NCBI GenBank assembly: GCA_023515795.1
Contig: JALGPX010000071.1
Location: 1-57,348 of the forward strand
DNA from: Amoeboaphelidium occidentale
Taxonomy: Eukaryota
Direction: 5' to 3'
DNA: 57,348 nucleotides
Below are positions 34,814 through 47,523 of this stretch, one piece after another. Position numbers and translations under genes: made by a program. The first letter of the stretch is position 1. Every line of letters starts with the position of its first letter. A model generated the notes under the pieces. That model was given only the letters and a program-made list of their open reading frames with translations, did no database searches and had not been told where the DNA came from.

Positions 34814-36270
34814 ATGACTCGATCACTACCGAAAAGGTACTCAGCTTCAACCTCTACTTCAACTTCAACTTCAACCTCAACTTCTACTTCTGCTTCTACT
34901 TCAACCTCAACTTTCTTTAATTCAATGTCAAGTTTCTCAAAATACATTCGCTTGCTTTTTGTCATTTACATAATTGTCTCATTGATTTACACTCTTATGC
35001 ATTTCTATTTAATGTTCTTTATGAAACAGAATACTTCTCTTGACGGTAGTGGTGGTGGTGGTGGTGGTGGTCTGGACTCTTTAGCTTCTTCTTCTTCTTC
35101 TTCCATGACAACTACGGATACACAGCGGATCATTGAAAAGATTGTTCTGACTACTAAAACTTCTACTGCTTCTGCTACAACGGTGGCGGAAAGTATTAAT
35201 CATAATCTTCGACTATCGCATAATTTAATTTACTCAAAAATGTTTCAATACGCTCTTCAACCAACGCAAATAATTCCGCACTTTCTCAGAATGAAGGCTC
35301 AACCTGCTGCATCAGACATCACAATCACGACAATGATCACAATGGAACGACTGCCGGTGCTGGTGAAATTGGTGCGGAAGTATCAGGGCCCCGTCTCAGT
35401 TACTTTGCATATAAACTCTGAAAGTTCTGATAAGCTTCAACTATTGGAACGGCTGATTCAAGTTTACATGAGTGATGAGTATGTTTCTCAGTTTCTGGAT
35501 GTTCATTTGGTTCTGGACAAGTATGATCGTCAGTTTAATATGTGGAGGAATATCGCCCGGATGTTTGCTGCTACGGAGTATGTGATGAATATGGATGTTG
35601 ATTTCTACTTGTGCACCGATTTGCGATCAAACATTAGAAAGTTGCAGCCAAAGTACAAGAAACTTCTGGAGTCTGGTAAAGCTGTTTTCGTTGTGCCTGC
35701 GTTCGAATTCAATAGGAACGCTGTAGAATTGGAGGCTGACTCTTATCCCAAAGATAAACATTCACTGTTGAAGTATATCCGCAGTGGAGAACTCTCAATG
35801 TTTCACTCTAAATGGAAACGAGGGCATGGGCCTACTGATTACTCTAGGTGGGAATCATCAGAAGAACCTTATCGAATCACTCAGTATAACTACAATTATG
35901 AGCCTTATGTTCTGATGAGAAGGGATGGCGCTCCATGGTGTGATGAGCGATTCGTTGGTTATGGTTCAAATAAGGCTGCATGTCTCTATGAAATATACCT
36001 GGCAGGCTTTGAGTTCTGGACACTCCCTAACGACTTTCTCGTTCACCAAAGACATCCATACCCCGAGAACGATAGACGCATGGAGGTAATCAAGACAGAA
36101 TTATGTTAAACTTTTATTTTTTTTAGAGAAAATATAACAAAAGGCTTTATGATGCCTTCAGAGAAGAAATGTGTTTTAGATACAGTCGTATGAATGGGAA
36201 TATTCAGAATGCAACAGTTGTTGATGAACGACTGTGTGGAGTATCTTTTCCGTACTTTTACGGACTTTAA
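34814..36270 (+). CDS. GT49-family glycosyltransferase (LARGE/B4GAT1-like; intron 36086-36126)
   Basis: Type II TM helix, DITITT, FNMWRNIAR, DxD motif DVDF, FVVPAFE, NYEPYV and DERFVGYGSNKAAC. A 41-nt intron adds a 48-codon exon ending at TAA 36270. The 5' end is duplicated at 34628-34802. Confidence 0.85.
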
Positions 36271-36284
36271 TTGGAATAAATTGT

Positions 36285-37697
36285 TTAAATCGTATATTTC
36301 TCGAATATTTCCTTGCATTTGACTCTAGCTCTTAACTTTCCACATAATAGAAAACATCCAGATAGTTTTCTATGAAGTGAATAAGATTCTTCAGGTGGAG
36401 GTGTCAATCTGAGTCTTAGCATTGTTGGTATCTGTTTTCTGACTTCCTCGCTAATAGTCTGATCCGAGAAATCAAAGTAGCCATCATTCTGGAAGGGAGA
36501 TGCCAGAGTGAATAGCGTCGAAATATGTGCACTGGTCATATCATCTGTTTCATCACCAGTAAGGAATCCCAATTTAACAGACCATTTAATAGCACCTTCT
36601 CTGTTCCTTTTTGCAGCTGCAACTAATAATTGTTTGTAGCTGTCTGTGAACTCTGTAGAAAATTCTCTGGAAGCGCCAAAATCGACCAAATTAATTCTGC
36701 TCTTGAAAGGATCATATAGAAAGTTCGACCAGTTTGGGTCAGTTTGCATGAAACGAAACACGAATAATTCTCTTAGGCATAAATCAAGTAAATTCGAGGC
36801 GATTTCATCTCTGGTTTCCTGATCTGCTTGAGAAACTTTTCCAATTGGGAATCCTTCAACGAACTCTGAAACAAGAACCTTCTTTGTGACCAGCTCTTTG
36901 AAAACTTTAGGTACTTTGATGTTCTCATCTTTGCTTAAGAAATTAGAAAATCGTTCCATTGCTTCAGCTTCTAATTCATAATCCATTTCTCTTTGCAATT
37001 CCCTTTTGGCGACTTCAATGGTCTTCTCCAGAAATAATCCTTTCGGAAGAAACATGCTGACATTCAGTAACCATTTTAAAGTATTTAAATCACTTATAAT
37101 GCTGTCTGCTATGCCAGGATATTGAATTTTAACAGCAACCTTCTCGCCATCAAGCAGAACAGCCCTGTGGACCTGCCCAATTGACGCAGCTGCAAAAGGC
37201 TCTTCTTCGAACGATTTAAAGTTTGATCTCCATTCTTTACCATACGCTGCCGACATAACTTGTTCCATTTGATCAGGTTCCATAGAATCTGCAGCATTTT
37301 GTAACCGCGTAAGTAAATCACGAACAGCCGGCGGTACAGAGTCCATATCTTGAATACTCAACATTTGACCGAGTTTCAGTGCTGCACCGCGCATACGAGA
37401 TAGAGTTGATACGATTTGCTCCACTGCAGCATCTTTCCGATTTATCCTTGAAGCAGCGATACTCAGCCCTAGAGAGCCATAATTGTAAAGACGAGATATC
37501 CTTGATGTCGGTAATCTTGAGTGTTTTAGCTTTCGCGGTTGATCCTCTTGCTTGGCCCATGACATATCTCGCTGCTTTGATGGTCTGATATTTGGTCTCC
37601 CAGGAAGTAACTTGTGACCCCTTGAGGATAATGCAGATGCCTTCAGTACTTTACACGCGTTTATCGTCGTAGAGAGGATATCCAATAAAAGCGTCAT
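36285..37697 (-). CDS. COQ8: Atypical ABC1/UbiB kinase Coq8
   Basis: MRGAALKLGQMLSIQD, FAAASIGQVH, AVKIQYPG, MQTDPNWSNF and DFGA. Confidence 0.93.
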   Translation of the reverse strand: MTLLLDILSTTINACKVLKASALSSRGHKLLPGRPNIRPSKQRDMSWAKQEDQPRKLKHSRLPTSRISRLYNYGSLGLSIAASRINRKDAAVEQIVSTLSRMRGAALKLGQMLSIQDMDSVPPAVRDLLTRLQNAADSMEPDQMEQVMSAAYGKEWRSNFKSFEEEPFAAASIGQVHRAVLLDGEKVAVKIQYPGIADSIISDLNTLKWLLNVSMFLPKGLFLEKTIEVAKRELQREMDYELEAEAMERFSNFLSKDENIKVPKVFKELVTKKVLVSEFVEGFPIGKVSQADQETRDEIASNLLDLCLRELFVFRFMQTDPNWSNFLYDPFKSRINLVDFGASREFSTEFTDSYKQLLVAAAKRNREGAIKWSVKLGFLTGDETDDMTSAHISTLFTLASPFQNDGYFDFSDQTISEEVRKQIPTMLRLRLTPPPEESYSLHRKLSGCFLLCGKLRARVKCKEIFEKYTI

Positions 37698-37732
37698 TTA
37701 TTTCCTTTGACTGCAATTCAATTAGCGTCACT

Positions 37733-39355
37733 TTAAAGTTTTGAAGATGATGTTGCAGTAACAATTGCGTCATACATTTGCGTCGTCAAGAACTCGGCAT
37801 AGTCTTTTCCTTGTGAAGTTTTCCATAAGTAATCCTTAGCAAGGTCAAACTTTGTTGCAGAATACTTTGCACCCATGGATTTCTTCAATGAACTGATCTC
37901 ATCATCGATAGCCTTTAGCACAACTTCAGGAGTAACAATAACACCCTCTGCAGTGCGGACAGAATGCTTAACCCATTGCCATAACTGTGATCTCGAAATT
38001 TCCGCAGTTGCAGCATCCTCCATCAAATTATGGATCGGAACACAACCAGAACCACGCAACCAAGCTTCCATGTACTGCAAAGCAATTGAAACATTCAATC
38101 TAATTCCATTCAAAGTGATATTTCCTGGAAAGTTGACATTCAGCAAATCTTTTGCAGTGACAGTAACATCTTCTCTGCGAACATGCATTTGATTAGGTCC
38201 CAACATGTGACGATCAAAAATGTCTTTAGCAAGACCAACTAATGCAGGATGAGCAACCCATGTACCATCATGACCAGCAGTAACTTCTCTAATCTTGTCT
38301 TTTGTTACTTTGTCCATTGCAACAGAATTGGCAGCATCGTCGCCCTTAATTGGAATCTGAGCAGCCATACCACCCATAGCATGAACGCCTCTCTTGTGAC
38401 ATGTTTTAATCAATAATCTCACGTATGCATCCATAAACGGAACAGTCATCGTTACATCACCTCTATCAGGAAGAATGAACGAAGGATGATTACGGAACTT
38501 CTTGATCACACTGAAAATGTAATCCCAACGACCACAATTCAAACCAGCAGAATGTTGTCTCAATTCGTAAATGATTTCTTCCATCTCAAATGCAGCAAGA
38601 ATGGTTTCAATCAGAACAGTTGCACGAATGGTACCTCTTCTGATACCCAAAATATCCTGCGCCAAGTTGAAAACATCATTCCATAGACGTGCCTCCAAGT
38701 GGGATTCCATCTTTGGCAAGTAAAAGTACGGACCAAAGCCGTTTTCTAATGACTTCTTTGCATTATGAAAGAAGTACAAACCAAAGTCAAACAAACTGGC
38801 AGAGCACGGACAACCATCAACAAGGAAATGCTTCTCTTCCATATGCCAACCACGTGGTCTGACCAATAGCGTTGCGATCTTTCCGTCATCCCTCAAGCGA
38901 TACTGTTTACCATTCTCAGCAGTAAAAGAGATCGTGCCTGCAACAGCATCCCTCATATTAACCTGACCACTCAAAACATTATCCCAAGTCGGAGCATTTG
39001 AATCTTCAAAGTCTGCCATAAACTGAGTAGCTCCGGAGTTCAAAGCGTTGATGACCATTTTGCGGTCGACAGGTCCTGTGATTTCGACTCTTCTGTCCGT
39101 AAGCCCAGGGCTTGGTGGCGCACCCAACCAGGAAGGATCATTACGAATAAGTTCAGTTTCCTTCAGAAAATCCGGTAGCTTTCCAGCATCTAATTCAGCC
39201 TGTCTTGCAACACGAGCCCTTAGCAATGAAACTCTTCTACTGTTAAAAGTTCTGTGCAGAGTTGCGACAAATTCCAAAGCAGCGGGACTCAAAATTTCCT
39301 TTTGCTCAGTCGAAGTGACTTTTCCAGCGATTACGACTCCTTTCGGTAACGTCAT
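37733..39355 (-). CDS. MLS1: Peroxisomal malate synthase
   Basis: [52 protein letters not shown] and a C-terminal PTS1 (SKL). Confidence 0.96.
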   Translation of the reverse strand: MTLPKGVVIAGKVTSTEQKEILSPAALEFVATLHRTFNSRRVSLLRARVARQAELDAGKLPDFLKETELIRNDPSWLGAPPSPGLTDRRVEITGPVDRKMVINALNSGATQFMADFEDSNAPTWDNVLSGQVNMRDAVAGTISFTAENGKQYRLRDDGKIATLLVRPRGWHMEEKHFLVDGCPCSASLFDFGLYFFHNAKKSLENGFGPYFYLPKMESHLEARLWNDVFNLAQDILGIRRGTIRATVLIETILAAFEMEEIIYELRQHSAGLNCGRWDYIFSVIKKFRNHPSFILPDRGDVTMTVPFMDAYVRLLIKTCHKRGVHAMGGMAAQIPIKGDDAANSVAMDKVTKDKIREVTAGHDGTWVAHPALVGLAKDIFDRHMLGPNQMHVRREDVTVTAKDLLNVNFPGNITLNGIRLNVSIALQYMEAWLRGSGCVPIHNLMEDAATAEISRSQLWQWVKHSVRTAEGVIVTPEVVLKAIDDEISSLKKSMGAKYSATKFDLAKDYLWKTSQGKDYAEFLTTQMYDAIVTATSSSKL

Positions 39356-39750
39356 TGTTGTTACAAGAATTTTTGGGAAATGTTTTGGCTTGTGTGTGGT
39401 GAAACAGCGCTGATTCGATACAAAATTCACACTGTTCAAAGAGTGTAGGGCGCATCCTTTATTTTGTCGATAAATAGAGCTGCGTCTTTTATGCAGCGGT
39501 CACAGATTTTTTCACTCAGACCTGCCGCCTGAAATACGGTAAGTCTATTTAATTTACATACACACTTCGCTCGCAAATGTTCTCATTAACTTCAAGTAAA
39601 ATCTTTGAAAACTTCAGAGGTACCAGTATTGTATTTAGGACCGATATAACAACAGCTTCCATGGCGGAAAGAGATGTAACATCTATCATATTTTTCTTAA
39701 GACTGAGGTGAACCAGCGGTGGAGGGATTCGAAAGGGATGAACGCGGGCT

Positions 39751-40819
39751 CTACTTGAATGATTCCTGCACAACGAAGTAAACGTGTCTATATACGTCGT
39801 TCACTTCTTCTTCGATGTAACTGTTGACGTTCAAGAACAACTCCTTAGATTCCTTTGCCACGCCGTCTTGATTAATGCACAGAAATTTCCACGAGGCGCC
39901 GCTTGTGTGAATGCCTAATGCGTGGTGGTTAACCTTATTCTTGATTTTGCGTTGATAGTACAGGCTGGCACATTCGGCAAAGTATTGATTACTGGGTGAA
40001 ACAACATCCTTTTTTGCTTCAACGACGATGAGATGTGGTTCATCCCTATGCTGGCGATGACACACGCTGTAATCGATCTGTCCATTCAGACGCCGACGCT
40101 TTTCCTTATTCTGCACCGACATTGTAAACTCGGGAATAATCATCAACTCCGGAAACATGGCAACAATTTCGCGCAAAAACAAGTCAATAACAGTCCGACG
40201 ACTCGCTTCAGAATTCATAAAGAACACTGATGCATTTTTCTTGTACAATGCAACAAACTCATCGCTGGGGACTAAATCGGCATTAATGGCGATGGAATCC
40301 CACCCCTGCTTCAACTCGTAATCAACACCAGTAGTCGCTAAAACGTGCTCCGGCGTAGCTTGCCTGAATGTTTGTTTTACTGTCATAGGCTCCTCAACGA
40401 TGCCTACCACACTGTTAGTCTTCAGGCTAACATAAGAATACTGCTTACCCTTGGGCTCTCCAGTCACCTTGATGGCCGTCTTTCCAGCGAATGAGAGGAG
40501 AGAGTCGCCGTGCTCATCAGCGCCAATGAGGAATGCCTCGCCATCCTCAATCTCCTTAAGCGTCTTGACGTCTAACTCATCCTTCAAATCGCGAACGGGC
40601 AATTTTCCTTCGGGCGTCAGNNNNNNNNNNNNNNNNNNNNNCATCAGCGCCAATGAGGAATGCCTCGCCACCCTCAATCTCCTTAAGCGTCTTGACGTCT
40701 AACTCATCCTTCAAATCGCGAACGGGCAATTTTCCTTCGGGCGTCAGTTTAGTGTCAGTTTCCTTGACCACAACAGTGGAGTCTTTTGTCTGGTAAAATT
40801 TGACGCTGATGTCTGCCAT
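39751..40819 (-). CDS. Crinkler-like protein: small N-terminal header + PD-(D/E)xK nuclease (gap 40621-40641 with duplicated flanks)
   Basis: SEASRRTVIDLFL, LNGQIDYSV...LIVVEAKK...QYFAE...GIHTSGASWKFL. 40515-40620 is repeated at 40642-40747. Confidence 0.7.
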
Positions 40820-41218
40820 TTCTGTAATCTTTTTGTGGGAAAGAAGATCGGAGAAATATGCGTCACGGCAGTCGGGGTTCTGATTGGATCAAAAATGATA
40901 TATCTCTCTAAGGATAAAAGGTTCGTTAAGGATATGGAAAGCGGATTTCATTAACCAAGAATAGATCAACTATAGCTTCTCAATAAGTGTAACGGACCTC
41001 TTGTCTTACACTCGTCAATCGACTCCCTCAAACACATCTGAGCAACGGTTGATGAAGAGCTACCGCGCAATGGTCTCACTTGATCAGTCAATAGATCAAT
41101 GTCGCGGCCAATGTCTTAATTATCAATCCTGAAGCCATCCTTCTTCTCCATGGATGAAGTCCGAAGTTTGCTATAGAAAATTCCGGATGCGAGGACTACG
41201 AAATACTCTATTTCGCTC

Positions 41219-42772
41219 TTATTTTTTAGTGAGATCGTTAATGAACTGTATCAATGTCCTTGTAGGGCGACCTGACATGCCCTTGATATCGTGTCCTTGC
41301 GTCGATGAGGATTGCATTACACCTGCCATATCAATATGAGCCCATTTATCGTTCTTGTCGACAACTGCAAACTCTTTTAAGAATGATGCTGCAGTACATG
41401 CACCAGCGCCTCTTCCGCCGACGTTTCTTAAATCTGCTACGTCGCTCTTGATTTGTTTTGAGTATTGAGGATGCAACGGCATATTCCATAAATGATCACC
41501 AGTTGTTTTACCAGCACTGGATAGTTTCGAGACAAGTTCATCTGATGTTGAAAAGAAACCAGCCATTGCATATCCTAATGCGACATCCATTGCACCAGTA
41601 AGAGTAGCAACGTCAATAGTATACTTGCTCTTGAATGTTTTTCTAGCGTACACCAAAGCGTCTGCAAGAATTAATCGACCTTCAGCGTCAGTATTATCAA
41701 TTTCAATGGATTTTCCATTAGAAGCGTATACAATATCACCAGGCTTTGTTGCTTTTCCTGACGGCATGTTCTCACAAAGAGGAACACAAACAGCAACATT
41801 CAGAGGAACGTTCAAATCTGAAACAGCTTTTAAAGTGGACAAAACAACTGCAGCTCCTCCCATATCTCCCTTCATTGCCGCCATACCAGCACTTGGCTTA
41901 ATAGATATTCCACCAGAGTCAAAAGTCACACCTTTACCAACCAGAACAACATCATATTCGTCTGAACTTGGATTCCCTTTATGAACAGCAGAGACAAATC
42001 GTGGCTCTTCCTCTGAGCCTCTAGTAACAGCCATAAATGCATTCATATTCTGCGAATTAATCCATTCTCTATCGAAAACTTCAACTTGGCATTTACTCAA
42101 AAGTTCTGCAGCTTCACTAGCAAAATTAGTTGGCGTCAAATGATTGCTAGGCATCTCCATCCAACTTCTTGCCTGATTTTGAGCTTCAGCATAGATTTTA
42201 CCACTCTCAAAGTTCCAACCATTAACGTCTATGAAACTATTCTCATTTGTCTTTTCCGAGCCAACATACAAATCAATTGATGGTGTATTGACCTTTGCTG
42301 CACTCATAAACTTATTGAATTTGTAAGAGCCCAAGTAAGCACCTTCAGCAGCAGCGTGGATATTTGACATGGGATCAAGAAATACGTTCTCAACTTGTCC
42401 CAAAGCTCTTATGCCATTCCCTGCAGCGACACGAGTATTATCCAGTAAGTCTTCCAAATTTGTATCCTCCTGACGTTCTCCTAAGCCAACCATGGAAACT
42501 TTTAATACTTCATTTTCTGTGCCTTCATTATCCTTCTGTGTTGTTGCATATGTTAATAACTGATTGCCTGATTTCCCAATTGATTCCTTAAGAGCATGAA
42601 GAACAGGCAATAAACTCTTATTCCCAAGCAAAAACGAACGCGTTGATGGTGTACACAATGACAGTAAAGCGTCGTCAGTTAAAATGTCTCCCTTCTTTAA
42701 GTACGGTGAATCATAGAAGCCAAGCACGTAGCCTTTTCGAACAGTCGACACAAAGCGCCTTGATATGATCAT
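41219..42772 (-). CDS. LAP3: M17 leucine aminopeptidase, probably with a mitochondrial presequence
   Basis: VGKGVTFDSGGISIK, MKGDMGG, NTDAEGRLILADAL and WAHIDMAG. The N-terminus is Arg-rich. Confidence 0.93.
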   Translation of the reverse strand: MIISRRFVSTVRKGYVLGFYDSPYLKKGDILTDDALLSLCTPSTRSFLLGNKSLLPVLHALKESIGKSGNQLLTYATTQKDNEGTENEVLKVSMVGLGERQEDTNLEDLLDNTRVAAGNGIRALGQVENVFLDPMSNIHAAAEGAYLGSYKFNKFMSAAKVNTPSIDLYVGSEKTNENSFIDVNGWNFESGKIYAEAQNQARSWMEMPSNHLTPTNFASEAAELLSKCQVEVFDREWINSQNMNAFMAVTRGSEEEPRFVSAVHKGNPSSDEYDVVLVGKGVTFDSGGISIKPSAGMAAMKGDMGGAAVVLSTLKAVSDLNVPLNVAVCVPLCENMPSGKATKPGDIVYASNGKSIEIDNTDAEGRLILADALVYARKTFKSKYTIDVATLTGAMDVALGYAMAGFFSTSDELVSKLSSAGKTTGDHLWNMPLHPQYSKQIKSDVADLRNVGGRGAGACTAASFLKEFAVVDKNDKWAHIDMAGVMQSSSTQGHDIKGMSGRPTRTLIQFINDLTKK

Positions 42773-43105
42773 CCTTAAGAAAACATTATAAAATCGTTAC
42801 TTTAAGTTCTGGAGTGTATCTTCTTATGATCGTAGCCATACAGCGTATAATGTTTGGTGCTTTCGTAGCTTGTAGTACGGTGTTTCAAATTCTCAGGAAG
42901 AGTGATTGGATATCCAGTTCGTAAGACGGAAAGCGCGTACAGTTTAGCAATAATTTGCCTTGTTTTACTAGTGTTAACATAACCTATTGTGTTTGAATGT
43001 AATTCTTCACGTGGGATTGTCGCTCATTGAGGCCCAACTGTTTGGGTTCCTGCGCCACAATTACCATTTTCTCTTTGAGAATAGAACTGACAGTTTCTTA
43101 GTGCC

Positions 43106-45859
43106 ATGGACGGAAATTTCAAGGGGCAATCGCAGCAGCAACAGCAGCAACAGATATCACAGCCCATAGCAAAACCACATGCACAAGGAAATGTAATTTA
43201 TACGCGGTGATCATCTAACGCTCTCGTGTAGATGGCTTCGTTTCTTCGCTCCAGACTGGAAAATAATTCTAATGACTTGTTACCGTCGCAGAAGGGTGGA
43301 ATTATCAATCGATCATCATCTGCGCCACCTGTGCAATGGATAAACAGCTCAGATCCGTTGGGCTGCGAAGATGAATCGTTGTTATTACAACAGAACCAAT
43401 TGCAGCCTCAGCAACAACAGCAACAACATCCTTATAATACTCAGAATTCTGTTGATCAACGTCAAAATGAGGCATTGAGGGCACATCCTGATTATGCGAC
43501 TTATTACTTCAATAATGCTCGCTTGGATCCGCGTCTGCCTCCGCCAATTATTGCACCTGGACAGAGCTGGAAACTGTGGGCATCTCCACAAGTTGTACAG
43601 CAGCAGCAGCAGCAACAGCAACCTCGTCAGGAACAGGTTGATAATCATTATGAAGCTGATCCTGAATGGCATTTATTGCGAGCAAATTTACAAGCTGTGA
43701 CAGAATCGCCCATTGCCGAAAAGCCTCCTGGTGAGCTGCCTTTGGTTTATGGTAGTCCATCAATGAATGGGAATCTTGGAGTAAACATGGAATCTCTTAT
43801 GAAAAGTAACAGATCAGATTCTGCTCTAGCATCAAGACTGTTGAACCCCATGTCTAGCCAAGGAAAGAAAAGTCTTGTTGATATAATTCAAGAGGATTTT
43901 CCACGTACTCCATCGCCTGTATACGCGCAACTGCAACGTCCTCAAACCTCAGTTCCTGCTCCAAGTACATTTATGACAGAACAAATGGATATGAGGCTAT
44001 CATCAAAAACACCTCCACCTGCAGTTATTGGAAATTTAATTGGTGCATCTCTTCCAAGATCTTCTTCTACTCCACCACAATCTTTGCACAGAATAAGAAT
44101 GAATGCTAATCAGGTAGTTGGCGTTTCACCTTTACATCATGACGCTTCAGCAGATTATCAGCCATTTGTGACTAATCAACTCAGAGCTTTGGATATCAAT
44201 TCGAGAGATGGCGGTTATGATAATCCATATAATGGCTATTCACAAGCAAACAGCTACGGACATCGCTCAACTCCTTCTCATTTTGATCAGTATCATGCTC
44301 AGCAGCAGCAGCAGCAACAACATCATCATCAACATCAACAACAACATCAACAGTACAATCAAAAGCAGCCTGTTATGGTTGCTTCTTTTTATCCTTCAAC
44401 TGCTCCTCCGGGTTTTAGTTCAAGCCAAGAATTCTATGATTCTCCAAATCAACAACGAAAAGGAAGAAAGAAGAACTACAGTTATANCATATAATGGCTA
44501 TTCACAAGCAAACAGCTACGGACATCGCTCAACTCCTTCTCATTTTGATCAGTATCATGCTCAGCAGCAGCAGCAGCAGCAGCAACAACATCATCATCAA
44601 CAGTACAATCAAAAGCAGCCTGTTATGGTTGCTTCTTTTTATCCTTCAACTGCTCCTCCAGGTTTTAGTTCAAGCCAAGAATTCTATGATTCTCCAAATC
44701 AACAACGAAAAGGAAGAAAGAAGAACTACAGTTATAGCGGTGGCCCTGATAATGAAAAGCAGAATGGTCGTTTTGCATCATCAGGGAACGCAGTTTTGGA
44801 TGATTTCAAATTGAACAATCGCACCAGGAAATATCAATTGAATGATGTTTATGGAAATATCGTTGCATTCAGTTGTGATCAACACGGATCGAGATTTATT
44901 CAACAAAACATCGAAACTGTATCTTCACAAGAGAAAGCAATGGTTTTCAAAGAAGTTATTCCACATGCTCTCAGTCTTATGACTGATGTTTTTGCTAATT
45001 ATGTTATCCAGAAATTCTTTGAGTTTGGATCTCCTCAGCAAAAGACCCAATTGGTAAAAGTAATGCAGGGACATGTCAAAGAAATAGCTTTCCAAATGTA
45101 TGGTTGCAGAGTTCTACAGAAGGCTCTGGAATCTATAAGTTTGGAGTTACAGCTCAATCTGATGGATGAGTTGAAGGATATAATTTTGCAATGTGTTACT
45201 GATCAGAACGGTAACCATGTCGTCCAGAAAGCCGTTGAGCGTATTCCAGCTGAGAAAATTCTTTATATTATTGATGCCACTCGTGGTCGTGTTCAATCTT
45301 TAAGTATGCACCCTTATGGCTGCCGTGTTCTACAACGCGTATTCGAACACTGTCCTGAAGATTTGATATCAGATCATTTGAAAGAATTACAATCTGCTTG
45401 CTATCAACTTGTTCAAGACCAATACGGTAAGTTCCAGAAACTTTCTAATTCACTAATACTTAAGGAAATTATGTTGTTCAACATATTCTTGACAAGGGAA
45501 GACAGAAGGACCGGGACATTGTCGTTGAGAAGATCAAGGGAAACATTTTGAAATTTAGCACTCACAAATTTGCAAGTAACGTCGTTGAGAAGTGTTTACT
45601 AGTTTCATCACCAGCGGATCGTGTGATTTTGTATGAAGAAGTATGTAATTCATCCACACCTTCTGGAGAGCCAATACTGATGGCTATGATGAAGGACCAA
45701 TATGCAAACTATGTCGTTCAAAAGATGCTGGACATTGCAGACGATAAATTAAGAGGTGATTTGGTTGCAAAGATTCTACCAATGTTCCCTCTATTGCGTA
45801 AATTTACTTACGGAAAGCATATCATTTCGAAAATCGAGAAATTGAATTTGGTTAACTGA
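43106..45859 (+). CDS. Pumilio/PUF RNA-binding protein (introns 43193-43231 and 45427-45464; artefactual duplication at N44487)
   Basis: Eight PUF repeats (DQHGSRFIQ, DVFANYVIQK, YGCRVLQK, DQNGNHVVQK, HPYGCRVLQR, DQYGNYVVQH, HKFASNVVEK, DQYANYVVQK). Both introns keep the frame. Confidence 0.92.
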
Positions 45860-45910
45860 TTATACATTCATTAATTCATTTTGCAAGAAATAAAGCATTT
45901 CGTTTCAACA

Positions 45911-47401
45911 ATGAGCGTCTCAACAGAAGCAACAAAGCTTATAGAGGTCTGCGCAGAGGAGAACCAGGAGAATTTGGATCTTACAGGAAAGCAACTTGAA
46001 ATTGTGCCAATATCAGACTTTGATCGCAACCACACCGTTTACACTGCGCTGGTCAGACTCGCTTTGGGCAACAATGTCCTGACGAAGCTCCCTGATGAAA
46101 TGACTAGGTTTGAGAACTTGAAGTATCTAAATATAAAGAATAATAACTTGAAACGATTCCCTGCTGTGCTATGTCAGTTACATTTGGAGATTTTGGATAT
46201 CAGTCGAAATAAGATTACAAAGTTGCCCAATGAGTTCGGGTCGCTGATGAATCTCAAAGTGCTCAACATAGCAAAGAACAAGTTGCTTTTTGTACCGAAT
46301 TATATCAGCAGAATGGGTCATCTACAGATTCTGAAGTTGGATGGAAATCCTTTGAAGTTTCCACCTGAAGAAGTGATCACACGAAAGCCCGGTGAAGCTG
46401 ATGAGATTTGGTTAAAGAATTTAAAGGAATATCTGACATATGCTGAATCTGGGGATCTAGAGAATATGATCGAAAAAGCTGAACAATTAAGAGGTCCTAA
46501 TGAAAGAGTTCTGGGCTTAATCTCTGACGTCGAAACAAAATATCTTCAGTTTCAAGCTGAATTTACCTCAAAACGTAACGAAGAATTCAGTCTGCATTAT
46601 GAGGTTCACAAGAGTATCATATTCTATTCTTATTCTTTGATCGTTTCGCTGAAGCATTTACTGTTGCACACTCAAGATCTTCCTTCTGAGAAGAAGCTTG
46701 TCTCAGTTATATCAAGAATATGCGTCAAACTAGTGGAGCTCATGGTTAATGCGAAGGGAAAGACAGAAGGAGAACTTGACTTATTCACGCAGACTCTATT
46801 GGAAACAGTGTCATCAGTGAAATCTTTATTTGTATTCTTGAAGCAAGAACAGTCACTAGCATCGAAAAAGCTAATGATGGACATCTATGTGGTATCGTGC
46901 GGTGTTAAGGAGTGCTATGAACTTATACAGAGCTACACATACTTTAGGACAAAATCGGTTTCATCATCAAGTGAAGTTGGTTCGTTTCAAGGACCTCTTG
47001 ACAGGGCTTCTAGTGCAGCTTCAATAAGAGGCGTTGGTTCAAACGTTGGTACATCGACTAGTTCGTTATATGAAGCTCTCTGTATACTATCTCAGAACTT
47101 TACTCAGACGATATCACTATTGGAAAGTTTGGAGATGAAATTGCCTCAGAACACTGCACCTTTAAAGAAATTCTTGGCATCTTTCACGACACAAGAGAAC
47201 GAAGAAAATGCAAGGCAGTTCTTACAGATTACTGATGATAAGCAATTAAGGAAGCAGAGCGGGTTCGCAGTTATTGAGGTTACAAAGTTCATTCGCGACC
47301 TTAAAATTATATCTGAAACAACAGACTTTTCGAGAGATCTCAAATCATCGCTCCATTCTTTAGCCACGAACGCGAAATTCGTGGCTAGGAACCTCAAATA
47401 A
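45911..47401 (+). CDS. Leucine-rich-repeat protein with helical C-terminus (possibly Sog2-like)
   Basis: LxxLxLxxNxL repeats (LKYLNIKNNNL, LEILDISRNKI, LQILKLDGNPLKFPP). The Sog2 assignment is tentative. Confidence 0.7.
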   Translation: MSVSTEATKLIEVCAEENQENLDLTGKQLEIVPISDFDRNHTVYTALVRLALGNNVLTKLPDEMTRFENLKYLNIKNNNLKRFPAVLCQLHLEILDISRNKITKLPNEFGSLMNLKVLNIAKNKLLFVPNYISRMGHLQILKLDGNPLKFPPEEVITRKPGEADEIWLKNLKEYLTYAESGDLENMIEKAEQLRGPNERVLGLISDVETKYLQFQAEFTSKRNEEFSLHYEVHKSIIFYSYSLIVSLKHLLLHTQDLPSEKKLVSVISRICVKLVELMVNAKGKTEGELDLFTQTLLETVSSVKSLFVFLKQEQSLASKKLMMDIYVVSCGVKECYELIQSYTYFRTKSVSSSSEVGSFQGPLDRASSAASIRGVGSNVGTSTSSLYEALCILSQNFTQTISLLESLEMKLPQNTAPLKKFLASFTTQENEENARQFLQITDDKQLRKQSGFAVIEVTKFIRDLKIISETTDFSRDLKSSLHSLATNAKFVARNLK

Positions 47402-47523
47402 ACTTACAGCTGCGATGGCGATTCGCCAGTATCTGAAATCCGTGCACAGTCGGGCTTCCAATCACGTTTGTTTCAAACGTTGCTCAAAGCACGACCTCGC
47501 CAAAATCCCAGAATTTTCAGAAA

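Noticed and set aside
34066..34965. ORFs with VCVCVC, THTHTH or VEVEVE runs
   Set aside because: They are translations of the microsatellite and the antisense of the Ser/Thr repeat in the GT49 5' end.
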